DNA from: Nitrospinales bacterium
GTDB taxonomy: Bacteria; Nitrospinota_A; UBA7883; JACRGQ01
Assembly (NCBI GenBank): GCA_023248535.1
Contig: JAHFEJ010000009.1
Coordinates: 1 to 57,936 of the forward strand
Reading direction: 5' to 3'
DNA length: 57,936 nucleotides
The position numbers and the translations under genes are program-made. Shown one piece after another: positions 9,694 to 18,170 of the stretch (the first letter of the stretch is position 1; each line of letters begins with the position of its first letter). The notes under the pieces were generated by a model. It had not been told where the DNA came from. It saw nothing but the letters and a program-made list of their open reading frames with translations, and made no database searches.

Positions 9694-9717
9694 GGGGAAT
9701 TCAGGAGGAAGCCGGCC

Positions 9718-10036
9718 ATGGAAGAATATTCTAAGTCCGTTTTGCGAAGCGGTGCCCTGGCGCTTTTTTTTTCTTGCCGGGTGCAGCGGTCCGGGCGGCC
9801 GGCAAACATCGGCTGTGTGGAACAACGGTAAACCGGGAATCATCGTTTCCGCGTATTTTGACAGCAGCGGGGAACTTTGGAACACTCTCGCATCGGCGGC
9901 GTCAAGGGTTAGGCTGATTGCCATAGCAAACGTCAACAATGGGCCAGGTGCCGTAGCCCTTTCGGAATATAGCTCGGCGTTCAACGCCCTCTCGAATGCG
10001 GGAGGCAAAACCGTCGGGTATGTTTTCACCTCATAA
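9718..10036 (+). pseudogene. frameshifted and 3'-truncated Spherulin-4 (GH135-like) lipoprotein gene remnant
   Basis: AGGAGG plus ATG 9718 encode 'MEEYSKSVLRSGALALFF', then a T9 run (9764-9772) shifts the frame. The next frame continues 'FLAGCSGPGG...IAIANVNNGPG...GGKTVGYVFTS*'. The NGPG and GYV.T blocks resemble the Spherulin-4 family. The ORF stops after ~100 aa of a domain that normally runs ~250 aa. Confidence 0.5.
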
Positions 10037-10238
10037 TCGCCTTGGGTTCTAGGTTGCAGATCCGAAAACTTTCTTGCTCTTCTTTTATCGGAAATTCCGT
10101 TGGAGGTCTTGTTTGAAATGGCGCGGTTGGCGCATCGGGAGGATTTGGCGGTTCTGACGCCGCTGTAAAAATAGAAAGAATTGCACGAAACAATTTTCGC
10201 ACTTTTCCGCCATCCGCCGCGTGCTAGACTGACTGCAT

Positions 10239-10835
10239 ATGGAATCATCCGCATCCGTCAAAAAACTAAGCGAGGAGTTTCAAAAACTTCCCGGCATCGG
10301 CCGCAAGACCGCCGAGCGGTTGGTTTACGCCCTCCTCAAGGACAAGGATCAACGGGCGGCGCAGCTTGCCCGCGCCTTGATGGATCTCGTTGAAAAAGTA
10401 ACACTATGTTCCATTTGCGGCGGCATCACCGAGGCGGATCCATGCGAGATATGCACCTCTGATAAACGGGATAAAACGGTCGTCTGCGTGGTGGAACAGC
10501 CTCTCGATATCGCTTTGTTGGAGCGCACAGGCGGCCACAGCGGCCTTTATCACGTGCTTGGCGGCACGCTGTCGCCGTTGGACGGTATCGGCCCCGAAAT
10601 ACTGCGGATTGAGCAGTTGCTTAAACGGGTTAAAACAGCTACGATAAAAGAGGTTATTGTCGCCACCAATCCAACCGTGGATGGTGAGGCCACAGCCCTT
10701 TACCTCTCAAAGGTGTTGCGTCCTTTGGGAGTAAAAGCAACGCGGATAGCCCGCGGCGTTCCCGTAGGGAGCGATCTTGAGTATGTGGATGAAATTACGC
10801 TGGTTAAATCCATCGAAGGACGCAGGGAAATATAA
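10239..10835 (+). CDS. recR: recombination protein RecR
   Basis: 'LPGIGRKTAERL' helix-hairpin-helix, C4 zinc finger 'CSICGGITEADPCEIC', Toprim 'VIVATNPTVDGEATA'. Confidence 0.95.
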   Translation: MESSASVKKLSEEFQKLPGIGRKTAERLVYALLKDKDQRAAQLARALMDLVEKVTLCSICGGITEADPCEICTSDKRDKTVVCVVEQPLDIALLERTGGHSGLYHVLGGTLSPLDGIGPEILRIEQLLKRVKTATIKEVIVATNPTVDGEATALYLSKVLRPLGVKATRIARGVPVGSDLEYVDEITLVKSIEGRREI

Positions 10836-10873
10836 AAACAACGGGGTTTTTGGTATAACGTTGGGAGAACTAA

Positions 10874-11881
10874 ATGCACAAGTTGCCTATCACAAACAAG
10901 CTGGGATTTTATGAAATCCGCATGGCGAGCATCGGCGGGTTCGGCGCGAACGTCGCCGGCAAAATGCTGGCCGAAGCGGGGGTGTTGAAGCAGGGGTACA
11001 ACGGCTCCAACTTCTCAAGTTACGGTTCGGAGAAAAAAGGTTCGCCCGTTTCGGCGTTCGTCCGTTTTTGCGCGCCGGATGTCAATGTGCGGGTGAACGC
11101 TCCGGTGACGGAGCCGCACATGCTGGTGATTTTCCTTGAAGCGATTGCCAAACTTCCCGGCATGCTTTCCGGCGTGACGGAAGAAACCACCGTGATTTTA
11201 AACACCCACATGGATGTGGACACCGCACGCGATTATCTGGGCCTTGCCGCCGGTACATTGGTGGTGGTGGATGCCATGAAGATCGCGGTGGAGGAGAAGA
11301 CCCGTGTCAACACCGCGTTGCTGGGCACCATGGCGGCGGTCTCGGGCTTCCTGAGCCAGGATGCGCTGAAGGAGATGATGCGGGAGACCTTCGGTAAGAA
11401 GTATCCGCAGACCGTGCCGGCCAACATCAAGACGTTCGAGCGCGGTTCCAGCGAGTATGTGTCCAAAAAGTTCGCCTACGACGGCAAGTATAGCAAGACG
11501 CCGTTTACCCGCTCCGGCCAGAAGCTGGGATACTTGAACCAGCCGATTGGCGGGGTTATCCCGGCCGCGGGCAATTCGATGTTCAAAGACCTTTCCGCAT
11601 CGCGTTCCGGCTATGTACCGGTGCTGAACCGCGGCAAATGCACCAGCTGCGGCGAATGCGACATCACCTGCCCCGATTACTGTTTTGAGTGGCAGGAACA
11701 GACGGGCAAGAAGGGGAAACCCGAAATGGTTCTCCAGAAATTAAACTACCAGTACTGCAAGGGGTGCCTGCGCTGCGTCCTGATCTGCAAGTTCGAGGCG
11801 CTTACCACCCATGTGGAATACGAAGTCAAAAAATCCGTGATCGACAACGGTTACGTTAATGACATAAAGGAGATCGCATGA
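10874..11881 (+). CDS. 2-oxoacid:ferredoxin oxidoreductase, fused gamma-delta subunit
   Basis: N-terminal gamma-type domain ('GGFGANVAGKMLAEA...SYGSEKKGSPV'). The C-terminus has two 4Fe-4S motifs, 'CTSCGECDITCP' and 'CKGCLRCVLICK'. Confidence 0.85.
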   Translation: MHKLPITNKLGFYEIRMASIGGFGANVAGKMLAEAGVLKQGYNGSNFSSYGSEKKGSPVSAFVRFCAPDVNVRVNAPVTEPHMLVIFLEAIAKLPGMLSGVTEETTVILNTHMDVDTARDYLGLAAGTLVVVDAMKIAVEEKTRVNTALLGTMAAVSGFLSQDALKEMMRETFGKKYPQTVPANIKTFERGSSEYVSKKFAYDGKYSKTPFTRSGQKLGYLNQPIGGVIPAAGNSMFKDLSASRSGYVPVLNRGKCTSCGECDITCPDYCFEWQEQTGKKGKPEMVLQKLNYQYCKGCLRCVLICKFEALTTHVEYEVKKSVIDNGYVNDIKEIA

Positions 11882-14175
11882 GCCACGCAACATCCGAAAC
11901 CAAAACGGTCAAGCCGGGCACTGTCGAACAGGTTGTCGACTTCCTCAGCGGCAACGAGATGGCCGCCACGGCGGTCGCCCAGATCAATTACCATCTGATG
12001 GGCTATTACCCGATCACTCCGTCCACGGAAGTGGCGGAGTATCTCGATGAAATGTACGCCAATGGCGATCACGGCGTCCGCATGATTCCCGCCGACGGCG
12101 AGCATGGCGCCGCGGGCATCTGTTACGGCGCGTCCACGGCTGGGGGGCGCGTGTTCAACGCCACTTCCGCCAACGGCCTTCTCTATTCCATAGAGCAGCT
12201 GCCGGTGCAGTCCGGAACCCGTATGCCGATGGTTTTGAATCTCGTCTGCCGGTCGGTTTCCGGTCCGCTGGACATCCGCGGCGACCACAGCGATCTGTAC
12301 AGTACGCTTAACCTCGGCTGGATCATTTTCTGCGCCAAGGATCCGCAGGCGACGTATGACATGATCGCCATCGCCACCAAGGTGACGGAGCACATGGATG
12401 TCCGTTTGCCGGCCATCGTCGCCAACGACGGCTTTTTCACCAGCCACCAAAAGCGCCGGGTGTACCGTATCGCCGCCGACAAGGACTTGCAGGATTTTGT
12501 TGGGCCATACAAATATGTTCACAGTTCGGTCGATCCAAACAATCCGACCACTTTTGGGCCGTACATGAACGACCCCGACCAGATAAACAACAAGAAGCAG
12601 CTGTCGCTGGCGATGGCCGCTTCCGTCAGCGTCATCGACGCGGTGTACGATGAATGGGCCAAGCTTGCGGGCCGCCGTTACAGCCGCCTCGAGACATACA
12701 AGATGGAAGACGCCGAAGTGGCGATCCTTATCCTCAACTCCGCCGCCGACACCGCCATGGAAGCGGCCGATGCGATGCGCGCGCAGGGGAAAAAGGTGGG
12801 GGTTTTGTATCCCACGGTGTTGCGCCCGTTCCCGGCGGAAGAGCTGCGCAAGGCCTGCAAGAATGTGAAGGCCTTGCTGGTGGCCGACCGCGCCGACGTG
12901 TACGGCGCGCAAGGGGGGGCGATGACGCTCGACGCCAAGTCCGCGCTTAAGGATGACACCAACAACAAGACCCTCGTGATGAGCCGTATTTACGGGTTGG
13001 GAGGCAAGGACTTCCTGGATCTCGACGCCATTGAGATGTTCAACCTGGCGCTTGCCGCTTCCGCAAAAGGCAAAGTGGACGTGACATACGATTATATCGG
13101 CGCGGAACCGGGCGATCCGTCATACAGCATTCCGGCGAAAAATCCGGCGATCACCAAGCAGGCCTCCAGCCCCGGCATACTCAGCGTCACCAAGGACGAG
13201 GCGACCGGCCAACTGGTGGTGAAAGGGGTGAAGCAGCGCGAACTTACCAAGCTGCCTACCCGCATCGCCCCCGGCCATGGCGCATGTCCCGGTTGCGGCA
13301 TTTTCCCGAATATAAGCACGTTCCTCAAGGGGATCGAAGGCCATGTGGTGATGCTGTGGCACACCGGCTGCGGCATGGTGGTCACCACCGGGTATCCCTC
13401 CACCGCATTCAACATCACGTACATCCACAACCTGTTCCAGAGCGGTGCGCCCACGCTTTCGGGCGCGCTTGAAATGTTCAAGGAGCGCCAGCGCCGCGGC
13501 GAGATACCCGCCGGCGAAGAGATCACCTTCATCATGGTGACCGGCGACGGCGGCCTCGATATCGGGCTGGGACCGGCCCTCGGCACCGCCATCCGCAACC
13601 ACAAGATGATCATTTTGGAATACGATAACCAGGGATACATGAACACCGGCCACCAGCTTTCATTCGCCACGCCGTTGGGGCACAAAACCTCCACTTCGAA
13701 CGTGGGGCCGATGGAGACGGGGAAGACGTTCCATCACAAAGACAGCGCGCAGCTTTTCGCGGCGACGCATATTCCCTACGTTTTTACCGCCACTGAAGGC
13801 AACTATAAAGACCTTATCCGCAAGGCGGCAAAGGCCCAGTGGTACGCCCGCAATGAGGGGCTGGTCTTTGGCAAGCTTTTCTCCGTCTGCCCGCTGAACT
13901 GGGGACATCCGGATGACATCGGCAACGAACTGTCGCAGTTGGTGGTCGACATCAATTTCTTCCCGCTCTATGAGGTGGAGCACGGCGTCACCACGCTTAA
14001 CTACGACCCCGAAGAAAAAGGGACCAAGAAAGATGTTACCGAATGGCTGGGGAAAATGGCCAAGACCAAGCACTTGCTGAAGCCGGAGAACAAGCCATTG
14101 GTGGATCGGTTCCGCACCGAGGTGGAGCGCAGATTCCAGAGAATTAAGGCGATGTCGCAACATCCCTTGTTGTAA
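11878..14175 (+). CDS. 2-oxoacid:ferredoxin oxidoreductase, fused alpha-beta subunit
   Basis: ATGA overlap with the upstream gene. Alpha-type 'GNEMAATAVAQINYHLMGYYPITPSTE'; beta/TPP-type 'GHGACPGCG' and 'VTGDGGLDIG'. Confidence 0.85.
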   Translation: MSHATSETKTVKPGTVEQVVDFLSGNEMAATAVAQINYHLMGYYPITPSTEVAEYLDEMYANGDHGVRMIPADGEHGAAGICYGASTAGGRVFNATSANGLLYSIEQLPVQSGTRMPMVLNLVCRSVSGPLDIRGDHSDLYSTLNLGWIIFCAKDPQATYDMIAIATKVTEHMDVRLPAIVANDGFFTSHQKRRVYRIAADKDLQDFVGPYKYVHSSVDPNNPTTFGPYMNDPDQINNKKQLSLAMAASVSVIDAVYDEWAKLAGRRYSRLETYKMEDAEVAILILNSAADTAMEAADAMRAQGKKVGVLYPTVLRPFPAEELRKACKNVKALLVADRADVYGAQGGAMTLDAKSALKDDTNNKTLVMSRIYGLGGKDFLDLDAIEMFNLALAASAKGKVDVTYDYIGAEPGDPSYSIPAKNPAITKQASSPGILSVTKDEATGQLVVKGVKQRELTKLPTRIAPGHGACPGCGIFPNISTFLKGIEGHVVMLWHTGCGMVVTTGYPSTAFNITYIHNLFQSGAPTLSGALEMFKERQRRGEIPAGEEITFIMVTGDGGLDIGLGPALGTAIRNHKMIILEYDNQGYMNTGHQLSFATPLGHKTSTSNVGPMETGKTFHHKDSAQLFAATHIPYVFTATEGNYKDLIRKAAKAQWYARNEGLVFGKLFSVCPLNWGHPDDIGNELSQLVVDINFFPLYEVEHGVTTLNYDPEEKGTKKDVTEWLGKMAKTKHLLKPENKPLVDRFRTEVERRFQRIKAMSQHPLL

Positions 14176-14195
14176 AACCTTTATCGTTAGGACAT

Positions 14196-15479
14196 ATGCA
14201 AGGGTGGCTGGAGGGCTTTAAACGGTTGGCGGAACGCGGGGGGAGGTTCACCCTCTCAACCGCGATTTTCGCCGTGGTTACCATTTCACCCGCCTATGCC
14301 GCCGATGCCGAAGCCGAAAGCGTTTGCATCACCTGCCACGCCGAGCTTGAAGGGGAATTGCAGGCTCCCGCCGTTGAATGGCCGAAAAGCGCCCACGCCA
14401 AGGCGGGGGTGATGTGTCAGGATTGTCACGGCGGCGATCCGTCCGACATGGAACTGGCGATGAAGACCAAGGGGTATAAACCGCGCCCCAAGCGGGATGA
14501 GATCGCCAAAATGTGTGCGAGGTGCCACGCCGATCCGCTTAGGATGCGGCAGTACAACCTCCGCACCGACCAGTTTGATCTTTACACTTCTTCAGTGCAT
14601 GGCAGGAAAATGGCCGAGCACGACCTTGAGCCGGCCACCTGTGTCGACTGCCACGGCAAGCATGAGATACGCAAGATAGATGACCCGTTTTCCTCGGTCA
14701 ACCGCGCCAACGTGGCGAAGACGTGTGGCACGTGTCACAGCAACCAGAAAATCATGGAGAAGCGCAAGATTCCATTCAACCAGTACGAACTCTATAAAGG
14801 GAGCGTACATGGCCAGGCGTATTTTGAACGGCACGACCTGGGTGTGCCCACATGTATCAATTGCCATAGCAATCATGGCATCCAGAAGCCGCAGCAGATG
14901 ACTACCCGTTTTATTTGCGCGGAATGCCATATCGAACAGGCAGATGCTTACAAAAAGAGCCGCCATTGGGCCGCCGCGCAGGAAAGCGGCAAACCGTTGT
15001 GCATCCACTGTCACGGCAACCATGCCATCGTCCGTCCCACCAGCGAAAAGTTCAGCGCACCCGGTGATCTCAACTGCCTCTCCTGTCACCAGAAAAATTC
15101 AATTCAGATGGAAACCGCCGCCGCCCTTGGCACGGCAATTACCACGGCCAAGGCGGAACTGGATAAAGCCAAAAGCGCGATGAAGGGGATGGAGCAGTGG
15201 AGCGGCTCCGGATTTGAAACCAGCCAGCTTAAGGCGAATCTCGCCAAAGCCGGAAAAATGTATACCGGGATGCGCACCGCGGCACACTCGCTCAACGCGG
15301 TGGCGGTAAAGGCCGATGGTGAGGCGGTTAAGCAGATCAGCGCTTCCATCACCGGCGAAGTAGACCGGATGATGAGGGAGCTGCGTATACGCAAGATCGG
15401 CCTTGCGGTCACATGGCTTGTCGCCGTTTTATTTTCCGTGGCGGTCTGGCAACGCGCCCGTTATTGCAAGAGGGATTAA
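14196..15479 (+). CDS. nine-haem c-type cytochrome, Sec-exported with C-terminal membrane anchor
   Basis: Signal peptide ending 'SPAYA'. Nine CxxCH motifs (CITCH, CQDCH, CARCH, CVDCH, CGTCH, CINCH, CAECH, CIHCH, CLSCH). A ~100-aa helical region precedes the TM 'IGLAVTWLVAVLFSVAVW'. Confidence 0.9.
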   Translation: MQGWLEGFKRLAERGGRFTLSTAIFAVVTISPAYAADAEAESVCITCHAELEGELQAPAVEWPKSAHAKAGVMCQDCHGGDPSDMELAMKTKGYKPRPKRDEIAKMCARCHADPLRMRQYNLRTDQFDLYTSSVHGRKMAEHDLEPATCVDCHGKHEIRKIDDPFSSVNRANVAKTCGTCHSNQKIMEKRKIPFNQYELYKGSVHGQAYFERHDLGVPTCINCHSNHGIQKPQQMTTRFICAECHIEQADAYKKSRHWAAAQESGKPLCIHCHGNHAIVRPTSEKFSAPGDLNCLSCHQKNSIQMETAAALGTAITTAKAELDKAKSAMKGMEQWSGSGFETSQLKANLAKAGKMYTGMRTAAHSLNAVAVKADGEAVKQISASITGEVDRMMRELRIRKIGLAVTWLVAVLFSVAVWQRARYCKRD

Positions 15480-15486
15480 CCACTTC

Positions 15487-15795
15487 GTGCCGGCCGCGGA
15501 TGATTCACCGTTTTTCGCTCCGGATATCGAGGAGCGCATTGAGTCCCGCGCCGCCGCGGCGCGAGCCGCCGGACGCCGGGTGAGTGCGTTCACGGCGGTG
15601 TGGCACCTATTTCTCGCGCCGCTTTTTATGTTTATTTATTATTTATTGCCGGGCGGACGGCTGTTTGCCGGCTATACGGGTTTCCGCGAAAGTGTGCACA
15701 TGGCGGCGTTTCTTTTTGCCGTGAACTCCCGGATTTACGAACTCACCCACGCCGATCCCGCCGAATTGAACCGGATAAAAAAGGAATTCGAATAG
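15487..15795 (+). CDS. hypothetical small protein, possibly a remnant of a GT2 glycosyltransferase C-terminal tail
   Basis: GTG at 15487. 'LLPGGRLFAGYTGFRESVHMAAFLFAVNSRIYEL' resembles the C-terminal amphipathic tail of WaaE/KdtX-type GT2 enzymes, but no catalytic domain is present. Confidence 0.3.
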   Translation: MPAADDSPFFAPDIEERIESRAAAARAAGRRVSAFTAVWHLFLAPLFMFIYYLLPGGRLFAGYTGFRESVHMAAFLFAVNSRIYELTHADPAELNRIKKEFE

Positions 15796-15871
15796 TTCCA
15801 TTTCTCCCCCATCGATCATCCCTGAGGCCATAAGGATGCGGTTATTCATAAACCTGTTAGTATGAAATACA

Positions 15872-15897
15872 GTTGCCAGAGGGCGGCAACGGTTTTT
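15872..15897 (+). terminator. putative intrinsic terminator
   Basis: GTTGCC (15872-15877) / GGCAAC (15885-15890) stem with a 7-nt loop, followed by GGTTTTT. Confidence 0.5.
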
Positions 15898-15917
15898 AAG
15901 GTATATGAGGAGGACAT

Positions 15918-17630
15918 GTGTCCGATTTTGCCGATAGGAACATTATAGCCGCGCCACCGGATAAGATAGGCGGCAATGTCCTGCGCGAGCAGGTGCGCCT
16001 GGCTATTGGGCAGATTCCGGCGATGCAGGGGACATCATTAATAGTTGCGGTAGTGATTGCCGCTGTCTATTGGCATTTTATTCCGCATTTTCAAGTGCTG
16101 GCATGGGTTCTGATGATTGCCGGGGTTGCCGCATGGCGGTATCATTTGTATGTTCAGTTTCACCGCATTCCCCAACAATATTTTGATGGGGCAAGCTGGG
16201 GGAGGAGATATGCGGTCAGCACGCTGATATCCGGCATCCTGTGGGGTACGTCGGCCATATTGTTGTTTCCACCCGGTGATCGGGTCATGCAGGCGTTCCT
16301 TATTATGGTGATGACGACATTGTCGGCAACCACCACCGCTTCACACTCATCGATAAAAACCGCCCCAATGGCATGGTCCGTACCGGCCATTTTGCCTTAT
16401 TCATTACGGTATCTGGTGGATGGCAGCATGTTCGGGTACACAATCGGGGCGCTGTTACCGCTATTCCTGGTGACACTTGGGTTCTATTCGTTAAAGCTCA
16501 ATCGCATGATGGTGGCATCTATCACGCTCCGCTATGAAAATCTCGATTTAGTGGAAGAGTTGCGTCAGGCGACCCGCCTGAAGGATCAGTTTGTGTCGCT
16601 CGTTTCGCATGACCTCCGCGGACCCATTGCGGGCATCAAGTCCACCGCCGACTTCGTCCATCTCCTCCGGGGGAAGGAAAGCATGGAAAAGCTGGAAGGC
16701 ATGACCTCTTCAATTTCCCAAATCGCCACCGCGCTTCTGGAACTGCTGGACCAGCTTCTCGACATCAGCCGTTTGCAGACCGGGAAAATAACACCGCTCA
16801 ACCGCACGTTTTTCGTGCGGCAGCTTGTTGAGGAGCGGATGTTCATGGCCGCTCAGGCGGCGGAACAAAAGAAGATAATCCTCCTCAACCAATTGCCTGG
16901 GGATATGCGTCTTTTGGCTGACCGCGCCCTGTATGGGCAGGTGATAGGAAACCTCCTTTCAAATGCCATTAAGTTCAGCCATCCCGGCGGCGTGATACGG
17001 ATATACGCCACGGAGGAAAAGGGGGCGGCGGTCGTTGTTGAAGACCGGGGGGTTGGCATCAACCCTGAAATAATGCCGCATATTTTCCGGCATGAGATCA
17101 AGACATCCATGGTGGGAACGGACGGCGAACGGGGCACCGGCCTTGGCTTGCCGTTTTGCATGGATATCATGAAAGCGCATGGTGGAACGATTGAGGCCGA
17201 TTCGAGGCCGGGCGAGGGGAGCATATTCACCATCCGCCTGCCACTGGCAAGCCGCACGGCGCTGGTGGTGGACGATCTGGAAGCGCATCGCGCCATTTTC
17301 AAGCGGGCGCTGGGAAAGGTGGGGGATATGTCAGTGGCCGAAGCCGAAAACGGCCGCGACGCGTTGGAAGAGTTGCACCGCTCCGTCGTCAATCTGATTA
17401 TCACCGATCTTGAAATGCCGGAAATGAATGGCATGGCTCTGTTAAGCGCGGTTCGCTCAGAACCCCGCTTCAAGGATATTCCGGTCATCGTTGTCACTTC
17501 GAATATCGGCCAGGATTGGGAATCCCGGCAAAAGCTGCGTGATGAACTGTTTGCTAATGGCGCCAACGATTTGCTGGTAAAGCCGGTTATTGAAGAGGAG
17601 TTTATCCGGTGCGTTCGCCGGTTTCTTTGA
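15918..17630 (+). CDS. hybrid sensor histidine kinase / response regulator with polytopic membrane N-terminus
   Basis: GTG start after GAGGAGG. ~6 TM helices. H-box 'SHDLRGPI', N-box 'LLSNAIKFS', G-boxes 'DRGVGI' and 'GTGLGL'. C-terminal receiver 'LVVDD...IITDLEMPEMNG...LVKP'. Confidence 0.9.
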   Translation: MSDFADRNIIAAPPDKIGGNVLREQVRLAIGQIPAMQGTSLIVAVVIAAVYWHFIPHFQVLAWVLMIAGVAAWRYHLYVQFHRIPQQYFDGASWGRRYAVSTLISGILWGTSAILLFPPGDRVMQAFLIMVMTTLSATTTASHSSIKTAPMAWSVPAILPYSLRYLVDGSMFGYTIGALLPLFLVTLGFYSLKLNRMMVASITLRYENLDLVEELRQATRLKDQFVSLVSHDLRGPIAGIKSTADFVHLLRGKESMEKLEGMTSSISQIATALLELLDQLLDISRLQTGKITPLNRTFFVRQLVEERMFMAAQAAEQKKIILLNQLPGDMRLLADRALYGQVIGNLLSNAIKFSHPGGVIRIYATEEKGAAVVVEDRGVGINPEIMPHIFRHEIKTSMVGTDGERGTGLGLPFCMDIMKAHGGTIEADSRPGEGSIFTIRLPLASRTALVVDDLEAHRAIFKRALGKVGDMSVAEAENGRDALEELHRSVVNLIITDLEMPEMNGMALLSAVRSEPRFKDIPVIVVTSNIGQDWESRQKLRDELFANGANDLLVKPVIEEEFIRCVRRFL

Positions 17631-17711
17631 AACCGGTTCAGCCGCCAAGCTGCGGGTCTCGCGCAACCTGTCAAAAAACGTACCTGTTGATATGGTAAAC
17701 TTGCAAGTACG

Positions 17712-18170
17712 ATGGGTGAGCGCGACAAAAAAGAAAAGAAGAAAACAGGCCGTGGGGAAGATATTGCCCTCAGTCCGAAATATGTCGGCGAAACTTCCAT
17801 GGATGTCACCGAGAGCTATCTGCGCGATATCGGTTTCGCGGCGATGGATATTCATGAAGATGACGCGGCAATTCATGTTGAAATAGAGCTGTCCGGGGTC
17901 AACCCGAAAGACGTCAGCGTTACGGTGGAAAACGACATCCTCACCATCGAAGGGGTGAAAAAGGAACCTCCGGTGCACGGGAAGGCGGCGGTTTTTCACT
18001 GTGCCGAACGGACGTTCGGCCCCTTCAAAAGAACCTTCGCGCTGGGCGCGGCGGTGGATCAACGGAACATCGAAGCGGAGTGTAAAAACGGTATTTTGGG
18101 GCTGAGACTGCCAAAAGTGCCGGAGAGAAGAAAACCCACACAAACCATAAAGGTGCGCATACATGAGTGA
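17712..18170 (+). CDS. Hsp20/alpha-crystallin family small heat-shock protein
   Basis: 'VEIELSGVNPKDVSVTVENDILTIEG...ERTFGPFKRTFAL...AECKNGILGLRLPK' is a typical ACD core. Confidence 0.9.
   Translation: MGERDKKEKKKTGRGEDIALSPKYVGETSMDVTESYLRDIGFAAMDIHEDDAAIHVEIELSGVNPKDVSVTVENDILTIEGVKKEPPVHGKAAVFHCAERTFGPFKRTFALGAAVDQRNIEAECKNGILGLRLPKVPERRKPTQTIKVRIHE

Noticed and set aside
9614-9717. Track ORF start at 9614 for the Spherulin-4-like frame
   Set aside because: That part lies inside the 3' end of the beta-helix gene in another frame and precedes any RBS. The biologically sensible start is ATG 9718 in a different frame, which is why I call a frameshift.
11851-12912. 353-aa minus-strand ORF inside the oxidoreductase alpha-beta gene
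   Set aside because: Antisense shadow of a gene with clear family motifs. The composition is biased (R, G, H, V) and there is no domain signature.
17693-17705. Sigma-54-like TGGTAAACTTGCA upstream of hsp20
   Set aside because: The GG and GC elements are 9 nt apart instead of the required 12 (TGGCAC-N5-TTGC). No enhancer-binding-protein gene is adjacent.
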